DNA from: Ginkgo biloba
Taxonomy: Eukaryota; Plantae; Ginkgophyta
Assembly (NCBI GenBank): GCA_024626585.2
Contig: JANKJI020000002.1
Location: 2,477,355-2,502,604, forward strand
Length of the DNA stretch: 25,250 nucleotides
Direction of reading: 5' to 3'
In this document: one piece after another, positions 13,400 through 23,720 of the stretch
How positions within the stretch are numbered: the stretch's first letter is position 1
How the letters are laid out: each line of letters starts with the position of its first letter
Notes under the pieces: model-generated
Seen by the model: only the letters and a program-made list of their open reading frames with translations
Database searches by the model: none
What the model was told of the DNA's origin: nothing
Made by a program: the position numbers and the translations under genes

Positions 13400-13900
13400 C
13401 AATAACACAACAAACAGTGGCACTTATACCTACAACATCATGGCAATTGTTTGTGGTGGCAATTTGTAGCCATCAACTTTGTGGCATTGCTTTTGGACAA
13501 AGCAATTTCATGAAGGGTAGGAATGGTACAAACCTTTTCTACGTCAATGATATTTTGGTCAATGCAAATCAGATAACCTAATTAACCCTTTATCCAAGGC
13601 CACTTCCGGCAATGCCACATGTCCCTGTATAAATAAAATCTTGTGAATAACTTGTAACATTATCTAATATTCATGTTTTCGGCTATTTTTGGCTTCTTCC
13701 AATTTAGAGGGTTGTACCATTGAAATCGTGTTGTTTTGAATTCATGTCTGATATTCTTATCATTTCTGAATAAATTGTCTAAGGTACTTTTCACATAACT
13801 TGAGAGGTGGGGTTTTTCTTACGAAGAGTTTGACAACAAGAATGTTTTTCCTTTGCCTGTCATAGATTAGACCTCCATTGGCTCATATAACTGAATCCCT
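13400..13900 (+). mobile_element. LTR-like noncoding segment
   Basis: TATAAATA at 13628-13635, a later AATAAA (~13768) and GGGGTTTTTC (~13808) in U3-R-U5 order. No termini or TSD identified. Confidence 0.3.
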
Positions 13901-15390
13901 GCTGATCCAAATATTTAGCAAACTTAGTAGATCTTGAAAATTGAATATACTTGTGATTTGTAATCAAAACACTTCTATATAGTTTTTATGCTTCATTTCA
14001 AGTCTTAACCATATCTTATGACTCATATATTCTCTTTACAACTTACAATATTTTATAGTTTTACAATTATTTTTTCGAATAACAAAAATTCATTTTCCAA
14101 CTTAATTAATTTGTTAGAAATTTTCATCCTTATGACTTATACTTATTTTATGATTTACACTATTTAATGTCTTATTTTGAATTTTTTTCACACTGACAAG
14201 GACTTAGTTAATTTTCATTTCCTTATTCTCTCCATAAATCTCACTTCACCTATCACATGCATTTCTCCTTTTGCATTATTTATTACAATCTTGCATTTTT
14301 TACAATTTTGTACGGTGTAATATTTGCATGTGATCATTATGCACCATCTGACCCTAATTCCTTATCACAAGATAATATGTTTAATATTTTTTGTAAAAAT
14401 ATACTCAATTTTATAGTCCTTATTATCTTCTTCAATCATTATTGAAAAAACCTTATCTCTTTTTAAAAACTATGTTTTATTATGACTTGTGCATTTTTTT
14501 GCAACTTAACCCTTCTCGTAAAGTTGGTTTAGATATTGGATTTTGTTTATCCTTTACACTTTATGAAACTTCATGAGTAGTATAACTCCTATAAAATAAA
14601 CCTTCTGATCATAAACTTGTTTAAGCTTCNNNNNNNNNNNNNNNNNNNNNNNNNNNNNNNNNNNNNNNNNNNNNNNNNNNNNNNNNNNNNNNNNNNNNNN
14701 NNNNNNNNNNNNNNNNNNNNNNNNNNNNNGTAGGCAGGGACATGGCATGGACATTGCTTCTCACAAGTAAAAAAGGCAAGCATTTGAACACAAATAAGCA
14801 TCAATTATGAAATGTAACAATAGAAGAACATTGTAGCTAGCCATAGAGAATCCATAATATAGACCAATATGATCCATCTAGCTCTTATACTCCATTCGTA
14901 CAATTCAATGTAATCAACATACACTTGAGGTGCCAGGAACATCACTAACAATTAGAAGCCCTTTGCCCAACAATTATGAGCTATTAACATTTAACTCTGT
15001 TATATGAAAAATAACTCTACGACTTTTTTATGAATTCCCTTCGACCCCAGGTTCACCTGGAAGTCCTTAAAGCGGGTCTCATATCTTATGAAGATGCTAC
15101 CAAAGGCAAAATATATGCACTTCATGATTCTGGCATACAAAATAAGTTGACATTGACTCTCCTACTCTAGGCCAAAACACGGACTAGATCTTCAATGGTT
15201 CAGGACTCTACTATACGATATCACTTCACCAGATTAGGTGAAAAGCAAGAAATGGACCTGCAACCGCTACATTTTCCTAGAAACAAAAATACTAGCACTT
15301 AGTCAATGGCTACAAATGCAAGGCAGAAAACATACATAAGCTTGTTGCCATGCCAGCCTCTATGTTTATAACCATTTCTGCCTGGTAAAA

Positions 15391-15780
15391 TCACCAATAA
15401 TCCAAACAAGAGCACTGCCCATCCTTAAAATGATGGAACCGATTGGCATCCCTCACAACAATTTCTCGTGCCGCTATCTTTGAGATGAACTTGGTGGCAG
15501 CGTGGCAGTCACCACACACTCGAAGATTCTTGATAACCCGAATAACAGTTCCAGAGGCTGTGTTGATAAGCCCAAATGCAATTGCAAGCTTCTCACTGTG
15601 GTGGCAAAGAATTTGTNNNNNNNNNNNNNNNNNNNNNNNNNAAGGCATATACCCTGCCTCCTTCATCTGCCTAAACAATTTCTCTAGCATTGCATAAATT
15701 TTATGTGTTTGTGGGTGTGATCTGTCTCCTACGAGGAAAGCATAGACCTGTTTATTCACCTCAATCCAACTACATCCAGG
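15391..15780 (-). other. DYW:PG-type cytidine deaminase domain
   Basis: PGCSWIEV (PG box), [21 protein letters not shown] (HxE), [11 protein letters not shown] (CxxC), [20 protein letters not shown]. All visible zinc ligands and the catalytic Glu are intact. 25-N gap at 15617-15641. Confidence 0.95.
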
Positions 15781-17687
15781 TTTCTTTTTTACCCCTCTGT
15801 CTTTCATCATTTTCCGCACCTTGTTGATGTCATCCCACTTGCCAGCTNNNNNNNNNNNNNNNNNNNNNNNNNNNNNNNNNNNNNNNNNNNNNNNNNNNNN
15901 NNNNNNNNNNNNNNNAACTCAAAAAGGCATTCTGCCACGCATTCTCCTAGCTTTAAATTGTTATGGATTCTACAGGCACCGAGTAAACACACCCACACAG
16001 TAGCATCAGGTTTCATAGCCATTTTGTTGACAAAGTCTTGTGCCTCAACCAGGTATCCAGCACGCCCTAGCAGATCAACCATGCAGTAATAGTGTTCCAT
16101 CGTAGGTGTTATGTTATAATATTGCGTCATGCAATCAAAGTATTGCCAGCCCTCNNNNNNNNNNNNNNNNNNNNNNNNNNNNNNNNNNNNNNNNNNNNNN
16201 NNNNNNNNNNNNNNNNNNNNNNNNNNNNNNNNNNNNNNNNNNNNNNNNNNNNNNNNNNNNNNNNNNNNNNNNNNNNNNNNNNNNNNNNNNNNNNNNNNNN
16301 NNNNNNNNNNNNNNNNNNNNNNNNNNNNNNNNNNNNNNNNNNNNNNNNNNNNNNNNNNNNNNNNNNNNNNNNNNNNNNNNNNNNNNNNNNNNNNNNNNNN
16401 NNNNNNNNNNNNNNNNNNNNNNNNNNNNNNNNNNNNNNNNNNNNNNNNNNNNNNNNNNNNNNNNNNNNNNNNNNNNNNNNNNNNNNNNNNNNNNNNNNNN
16501 NNNNNNNNNNNNNNNNNNNNNNNNNNNNNNNNNNNNNNNNNNNNNNNNNNNNNNNNNNNNNNNNNNNNNNNNNNNNNNNNNNNNNNNNNNNNNNNNNNNN
16601 NNNNNNNNNNNNNNNNNNNNNNNNNNNNNNNNNNNNNNNNNNNNNNNNNNNNNNNNNNNNNNNNNNNNNNNNNNNNNNNNNNNNNNNNNNNNNNNNNNNN
16701 NNNNNNNNNNNNNNNNNNNNNNNNNNNNNNNNNNNNNNNNNNNNNNNNNNNNNNNNNNNNNNNNNNNNNNNNNNNNNNNNNNNNNNNNNNNNNNNNNNNN
16801 NNNNNNNNNNNNNNNNNNNNNNNNNNNNNNNNNNNNNNNNNNNNNNNNNNNNNNNNNNNNNNNNNNNNNNNNNNNNNNNNNNNNNNNNNNNNNNNNNNNN
16901 NNNNNNNNNNNNNNNNNNNNNNNNNCTCAACATCCCCGTTCTGTGCATATCCTGCAATCATGGTATTCCAAGAGACAACATTTCTTTGATGCATTTTGTC
17001 AAATACCTCACGTGCCTTCTCTAAACTACCACATTTTGCATACATGTCTACAAGGGCACTCTCCACGAAAACATCAGATTCAAATCCCCTTCTTAAAATC
17101 TCTTCATGGACGTTCATACCCTCTTCCAGAGCTTCCAAGTGGGTGCACGCTGGAAGAACACTGGCAAAGATGAACTGATCGGGTTCAATCCCTGTTCGTT
17201 GCATTCTGTAGAACAGTGCCAATGCCTCCTCAGCAGGTCCATGCCTGGAGTAAGCTGCAATCATGACAGTCCACGAGAACGCATCTCGTGTAGACATTTG
17301 GTCAAAAACTCTGCGAGCGTCCGCCAGGCTCCCACACTTGGCATACATGTTGACAAGTGTGTTTAGTAAAATTCTGTTGGCTCTAAATCCCCTCTCAGTC
17401 ATGTGGGCATGAACCAATTTGCCCTCTGACAAGGCTTTCTTTTTAATGCACACTTTCAAGAGAGAAACATAAGCAGAAGAGTCCACACCTTGGTCCATTA
17501 CATGCAAAATGCGCAGCGCCTCCTTCAATTGACCATGCTTATTCAACGCACTGGAAGANNNNNNNNNNNNNNNNNNNNCACCTGTCGTTATGTTCCTACT
17601 TCGATGCTGAGGCAGAGGTTCAGCAAACAATAGCATCATCATCTTCTTTTGATTCCTTAATGGTTGTGCCGCAACAATTCCTGCCAT
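15391..17687 (-). CDS. PLS-class PPR protein with E1-E2-DYW domains (putative organellar C-to-U RNA editing factor), apparently intronless, interrupted by 4 assembly gaps
   Basis: Combines ORFs 15807..17738 and 15391..15819. Canonical motifs: L ([11 protein letters not shown]...), S (...[21 protein letters not shown]), P ([14 protein letters not shown]...EEALALF), S2 ([14 protein letters not shown]), E1 ([14 protein letters not shown]), E2 end ([19 protein letters not shown]), PG box, HSEKLA, CGDCH, terminal DYW-TGA. The start is uncertain: in-frame ATGs at 17732, 17708, 17687 and MMM at 17642. Confidence 0.93.
16926..17558 (-). repeat. Visible N-terminal PPR array: partial P, L, S, P, L, S, then start of a P/SS motif
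   Basis: Hand-parsed motif lengths 35/31/35/35/31 aa match L1/S1/P1/L1/S1. The next motif [18 protein letters not shown] runs into the 771-N gap. Confidence 0.9.
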
Positions 17688-17689
17688 GG

Positions 17690-18060
17690 TTTGCAGACGA
17701 TTGGACATAAATATGCATAAATGGCATTGCATACACAATTTAAATCCTGTGTATACCAGCAGCTTCTTATCTCAGCCTCGTGAACTGCCGCTCTCACAAA
17801 AGGGATGCCCACCATCNNNNNNNNNNAGCTCCGGTCAGCGTCCCTCTCTATTTTTCCTTTTAAAATTAAAATGAATTTAGCTGAATGAATATTGTTAGCA
17901 TTTTCGTCCATTTTAGCAGATAAACCATGGGGTTTTCATTATCGTTGTCGAACTGATAATCAGTCGGCTACTTGACTGTAAGCCAACAAATTAATTCTGA
18001 CCATAACGGTTGCATTGTTTCTCTTTATCTCTTCGCATTTGCTCTGCATGAAAAGAAACC
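17690..18060 (-). promoter_or_regulatory. Probable 5' UTR/proximal promoter of the PPR-DYW gene
   Basis: Lies immediately upstream of the start codons. Keeps many CG dinucleotides (cctcgtg, gccgc, tccggtcagcgt, atcgttgtcg, gtcggc), unlike the TE flanks. No TSS can be located from sequence. Confidence 0.45.
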
Positions 18061-18179
18061 CAAATAAACAATCCATTAAATAGTGTTTATTTTGTTTTGT
18101 TTAATTTTTGTGAAATGTTATAAATTATATTATTTAAAGAAATAAAAAAATGAGAATACAAAAATTAGCTATCATGAGG

Positions 18180-19950
18180 TTTTTTTTTTTTAAGAAGATA
18201 ACCTCCAACATGCATNNNNNNNNNNNNNNNNNNNNNNNNATCCCACTGTAGTTACAAGCTCAAAATTGGCCAAAATTACACTACGGCCATACATTATAAT
18301 AGAATAATACATAAAGGCAAAGCTTGTTTGCAATCTTAGAAAAATCTTGAAGCTCAAAATCTAAATCATTTATGTCCACTTGATGTCTTTGCACCTTTAG
18401 GGCCAACACCTCTATGTATTGTAGTTGCCTCTTCTATTGACTTGAGGACCCCAAGCCCTACATGATAGGGAAATAGAAAACTGAGTATAGTAGGGAACTA
18501 TTAGCGATCTCATGAGTGACACATCTTCTAAAGACCCTAGTGGCATAAAGGTTGGGTGATAGATTGGCATAAAAGATTAATGGTCCATCGAGAATGTAAG
18601 TTCCTAAAAGAAGTCAAAGTTGCCAGGCCCTGCTTTATATAAGTTTGTGATATGTGACAGAAAGATCCTCATCATCTCTAGCTCTGATAAGAAGGCCTTC
18701 AAAATGGCATTTGAATGTAATAACAAAGATGGGAACATAGTCCATAAAATTATGTCAATACTTTCTTAATTGAAAATAACACGATTCCTAGTTTTCCAGA
18801 TAGCCTAGAGCATCTCGACTAATGATCCTTTGGCTTCCTTGAAAACGATCATTATTGAGCACTTAATATCAATAGTTTTGTATGCTCACATTTATTTTTG
18901 TGAAATAATTACAAAGCTAAGGCCATATGATGCACTTAATTAGTGATTATTATTTATGTGAGTTATCTTATTTATTAGAGTAGATAATTATAGAATTATC
19001 TAGTTCATGATTAGTTGGAAGGTGCAAACCCTTTCACAACCATCCATTTAATTAGGGTTTCCTTACAACTCCTTAATTAGTATGTCACTATTCTTGGAAT
19101 AGTTGCACAAATAAATTCATGTATTGGGCTTTGTATTTTCATATAAGCATAATAATAATTACAATTATATTCATTAATAATTGAAGGAGAGGGTTCTCAA
19201 TTGTCATAGATTTGATTCCTTTGTGCAATTGATTCTGATTGATTCTGATTGGTTGAGTGTAAATCTAAGGGGTACTTGGAGAGCAATGCACATCTCAAGT
19301 TCATTCTTAGATTTTGTATTCATAGGTTGTAAAGATCATGATTTGGAGGTCCTACATGTGCGAGCTAACAAAATCTAAAATATTCCTTCATAGGGCAACA
19401 ACAACAATTCTCAAGAAAACTTAGGGTGACAATCAAGGGAAAGGCACAATGTAGAGAGAACAAAGAATGACGTATTAAGAAAAGGCGTAACACAACTTGT
19501 TACTTAACCTGAGAGTGGTTTTTTAGCCAAATTTTATCAATTTTCTCAAAATCTGACTAAATTCTTGCATTCTTTACTAGGTCTAATCCTACATCCAACA
19601 ACTAGGAAAATCATCCACATAGTAGTAAAGCATCTTTGGGTGGCCTTAGGAGCATACTTCATTATCCTTCTGCAACATATTTGATTGTTGTCATGATTGA
19701 CCTTATATAGGCTTTAGGCTATAAGGAATTGGAGTACACTAGCAAAATNNNNNNNNNNNNNNNNNNNNNNNNNNNNNNNNNNNNNNNNNNNNNNNNNNNN
19801 NNNNNNNNNNNNNNNNNNNNNNNNNNNNNNNNNNNNNNNNNNNNNNNNACCATTGAGATGGTTTTAGCATCTATGGTAAGTCTATTATAGCCCACATAAA
19901 TAATTACGAAGGATCTAGACCAAAAATGGATAATCCATATAGATTAATGA
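18180..19950 (-). mobile_element. L1-type LINE 3' end (zf-RVT region to poly(A)), interrupted by an LTR insertion
   Basis: Minus-strand motifs in the expected order: GLSI.FWS (~19915-19940), KYAPKATQRCFTTMWMIFL (19603-19659), LFSLHCAF (19440-19463), ML*AIWKTRNRVIFN (18769-18813). A T12 tract at 18180-18191 would be the poly(A) tail. The 5' limit is uncertain. Confidence 0.7.
18879..19370. mobile_element. Probable solo LTR (492 bp)
   Basis: Begins TGTATGCTCACA and ends TGCGAGCTAACA (reverse complement TGTTAGCTCGCA, 9/12 match), giving TG...CA termini. Noncoding, no PBS downstream, and LINE motifs resume on both sides. No clean TSD (agttt vs aaatc). Confidence 0.65.
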
Positions 19951-20554
19951 CATCTCTGTAATATAAACCAAACCAGTCACTTCAAGGCATTAGTATGCGA
20001 GTGAGAATTAACCATCGAATTTGGATATGAACTTTGCCCATTCGTATACCACTAAACTAAGATCATATTTGAATACCTTATGCATCTAGAATGCCACCTT
20101 CTTCACTATTGAAATACTATACTCTACTCCCTTAGAAATGATTTATGCTCTTCACTAGTGCAATACTTAACTAATGAAATAACTCTAAATCTAAATACAA
20201 TACTTCATTGCTCAAATTATCTCTTCAACTCTTTTTCTTAGCAAACATGATGGTTACTGGAAGATTTCAGATTTTATATAGGTTTGTTGGTTACTTTTCT
20301 TGTCATAACCTATTTCCCAATTTTATAAAGAAAAAACATAGGAACATCATTAATTTCATTGCCAATAATATTTTATCACACAATCCACATCCACTTTCCT
20401 ATGACAACCTAAAAATATTGCTTGTAAGTGTAATAACCATTCAAATATCATATTAGTGATCTATATTATTAACCATATGTATTGGGGGATACGTGTAATA
20501 CATGGAATTTGTTCATTCATTTTAGGTCCTGTTAGTGAAATTTGAAAGGTGTCC

Positions 20555-20903
20555 CTAGTCATTGGTGATAATGTGTGACTCAACTAAGGAAGGGAGGGAA
20601 TATGCTCCCCAAATTTCCTATTCCCTAGTGATTATTTTAACTTANNNNNNNNNNNNNNNNNNNNNNNNNNNNNNNNNNNNNNNNNNNNNNNNNNNGGAAA
20701 GAGGGAATATTCTTCCTATATTTCCTAAGAAAGAGAGTGATTATATGTGCCTCAATAAGGGGAGTGAGGGAATATGAACTCTAGATTTCCTATTCTTTAT
20801 GACTCAACTAGGGAAAGAAAGAAATATACTCCCTAGATTCTATAATTCCCTGGTCATTATATGTAACTCAACTATGGAAGGGAGGGAATATGGTCCTTAT
20901 CTT
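20555..20903. repeat. Degenerate minisatellite, ~64-bp unit, at least 5 copies, broken by gaps
   Basis: The anchor GAGGGAATAT occurs at 20594, 20701, 20766, ~20818 (variant) and 20882. Approximate unit: GTGATTATATGTGACTCAACTAAGGAAGGGAGGGAATATGCTCCCTAGATTTCCTATTCCCTA. Confidence 0.85.
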
Positions 20904-23154
20904 NNNNNNNNNNNNNNNNNNNNNNNNNNNNNNNNNNNNNNNNNNNNNNNNNNNNNNNNNNNNNNNNNNNNNNNNNNNNNNNNNNNNNNNNNNNNNNNNN
21001 NNNATTCTCTTGATCACTTGCAATGAAGGTGCAAGTGACATACTTCACATTTTTCACCTACTCCGCTTTTCTACTCTAAAAATCCACCTGCATGTGACTT
21101 GAAACATGTTGTAGGTAAATTTCACTCTCTAAAAAGTGCCTAAATAGCCTTTATATCATCCCAAAAGTCTATCAACAACATGAAAATCCAATAGTCATCA
21201 TTCCATTCTAAAATTGTCATAAAATTTCTTTAAGCAGGATCAATAGATCTAAAAATTCATCCAATGTTGTGCTCAAATGACATCAATGATGGGGATAATT
21301 CTACCCCCATCAATCATTGTTGTGGTTATAATGAGACAAATGAATTGTATCATACACCTTGGATCAGGATAGAGTTCATGACAACATCCTGCAATAATAT
21401 ATTGGCACCTTTAGGATAATCCATTTTTCACAATAGATATCAAGCTCTAGCATGAATGATTACTAGAAAAAAAACACAGAAATGCACTACATCTCCATAA
21501 GTCTAAGATTGAAGATGTCCAACCATCCAAAAAATGGCTTCAATACATAAATAATGATATTATAAGGATGCAAAGTTGTTAGCTATTTCTAGTCATCAAT
21601 GCTTGTTAAATATCTACCACATTGAAGTGGGGTTCCATCCTGCAACCATATCAACAAAAAAAAATCAACTCATTCATTCATTTATTTGATTGAAATACAA
21701 AACATTGCTACAAGGAAAGTACCTAAAATTTTAGCACATTTGCAACAATAATTTCTTTCACCCCAACTATTTACACTAAATGTTAGAAGAAACATTCACT
21801 AGAGGTAGAAAATAAATATTGACCAACCATAAGCTTTCCATTATGAAATAAAATATGCCCTGTTCTTCAGTTGTATCACTTTCTTTATTTTCCATTATGT
21901 NNNNNNNNNNNNNNNNNNNNNNNNNNNNNNNNNNNNNNNNNNNNNNNNNNNNNNNNNNNNNNNNNNNNNNNNNNNNNNNNNNATGGGTTTTAGTGTTTTG
22001 TTTTATGATTTCAAATTGTAATGAGGGTCCACAGTGCGATTTGAGTTAGGGTTACTAAGTATAAATGATGAAAACATATGGAGTGCAATTTTGTAAAAAA
22101 CTTTTCCTTTTAAAATTAAATTGGATATACATATAATCCTTTCATAATTTGTTGATATGAAAATATAATTGAATACAAGGACTTCAATTTTGACACTATA
22201 CNNNNNNNNNNNNNNNNNNNNNNNNNNNNNNNNNNNNNNNNNNNNNNNNNNNNNNNNNNNNNNNNNNNNNNNNNNNNNNNNNNNNNNNNNNNNNNNNNNN
22301 NNNNNNNNNNNNNNNNNNNNNNNNNNNNNNNNNNNNNNNNNNNNNNNNNNNNNNNTTTAAGAATACTATTATCATATACAAAAAAAAAAAAATACATGGT
22401 TGCGACTAAGACCCCTAAAAATTAAATGTGAACACTATAGACACTACAAATACTACTACATAGAATGGCTACTTATAAATTATAGGATGGAAAAATGACA
22501 CTACAGACTGACTTTTAAAAATAACAAACTCACCTTTACATTGAGATTTAGGGTAGTTCATCTAGCAAGCACGTTACCACCAAGTGCATGTCTACATGGA
22601 GAAATTCACTAGATGTACATGGAGTGGTTATAAACACTTTACTAAAGACAATAATGATATTCTGACATAATTTTAAGGGTTCCATTCATTTGTCTATATA
22701 AGTGTACTGGATAAGTTTTGACTTGAAATTGGGTGATACTATTTTCTAAAGCCTAAAGGATTCGATGAATCATTACACTGTATTCACCTGCAATTCCTTT
22801 ACCTTCCACACCATTGATAAATCTACATAAATATCTAGTAATTCTAAATTCATCTACTAACTTCTTCACCCCTACGCATATATTTCTATCACCCTTATAA
22901 AATTCATCAATAGATAAAATCCATATTGTTTTCATACTCACCTAGCACTACAAGAAGCATTAATAATAATTAATAATTATTATCCGTGCAAGAAATTGTA
23001 TACTTTGAGATAACACAAGAAATAAACTAAAATCAAAGTGTGCATGAATTGAACGAATGATATGTGCAACCACCCAATATTGACAAATATAAATATTATA
23101 ATGTTTGCATATTGAACATCATCACTACTGCCTCCTCCACCTCTAAGTCACATG

Positions 23155-23480
23155 CATAATTATAATGATATATAAGAAATAAACTTAGCAAGGAGGCCAT
23201 CTAGATGATCTACTCATAAAATGGTATTAGTCTCACTATTGTGACTACAAATTGGTCATTTATCTCACCCATTAGAGCCACATGATTCATCGACACTTCC
23301 AAGTGAGTAACATTGTTCTCAAGTGCTTTTCGTAATGCACTAGTTAGGGCAATGCACTTAGCCATAATGTCTAAATAATTTCATATTGTAAGATACTTGC
23401 ATGACCTGTGTAATGATACAACTATCAACTAACTTGAAGGATGCAACAATCGTCTTACAACGACCTTCATCACGTTTTCA
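23155..23480 (-). pseudogene. Degenerate RNase H type I (RVT_3 / archaeal-like RNase H) domain, probably retroelement-derived
   Basis: One frame reads IMAKCIALTSALRKALENNVTHLEVSMNHVALMGEINDQFVVTIVRLIPFYE*II*MASLLSLFLIYHYN. This is colinear with NN.AEY.ALI.GL..ALE..V..L.V.GDS.LV..QING.F.V...RL.PYY......L...F..F.I.H. The catalytic E and D are lost. Confidence 0.7.
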
Positions 23481-23647
23481 TAATGATTCACCAAAATAGA
23501 ATTCTAAGANNNNNNNNNNNNNNNNNNNNNNNNNNNNNNNNNNNNNNNNNNNNNNNNNNNNNNNNNNNNNNNNNNNNNNNNNNNNNNNNNNNNNNNNNNN
23601 NNNNNNNNNTATAACGTTTACAAGGTAATTTTTCCAAAAAAAATCTC

Positions 23648-23720
23648 TTCAGGGGCACTACCCCTGAATCCCCAAGACCCCTTGGCAACACAAGTGGGGG
23701 GGAAATCCCTCCCACACCCC
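23648..23720. repeat. G/C-tract hairpin pair
   Basis: TTCAGGGG-CACTA-CCCCTGAA is a perfect 8-bp stem (23648-23668), followed by GGGGGGG-AAAT-CCCTCCC. A related motif, GGGGT-AAT-GCCCC, lies at 11134-11146. Confidence 0.7.

Noticed and set aside
15617-15641. Apparent 6-aa deletion in the DYW gating region
   Set aside because: It coincides with a 25-N gap of estimated length, so it cannot be supported.
15766-15790. KKKPG read as a DYW:KP (U-to-C) editing domain
   Set aside because: It has a full PGCSW box, HSE rather than HAE, and a DYW end, which is the ordinary C-to-U PG type.
15807-15916. Apparent frameshift splitting the PPR and DYW parts (pseudogene, split gene or recoding)
   Set aside because: The frame change lies in the 68-N gap 15848-15915, where the E1/E2 consensus needs about 51 nt. 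The sequence right after the gap reads [14 protein letters not shown] in the DYW frame. Most likely a gap-size artefact.
16092-17173. Long ORFs of 276-355 aa in other frames
   Set aside because: They consist almost entirely of N-gap codons or antisense shadow of the PPR gene.
20555-20903. CRISPR-like array
   Set aside because: There are no unique spacers, the repeats are degenerate, there are no cas genes and the context is eukaryotic.
21004-21660. Possible RNase H fragments (FRHFLE, IHARA) on the minus strand
   Set aside because: The matches are too short and point to different superfamilies.
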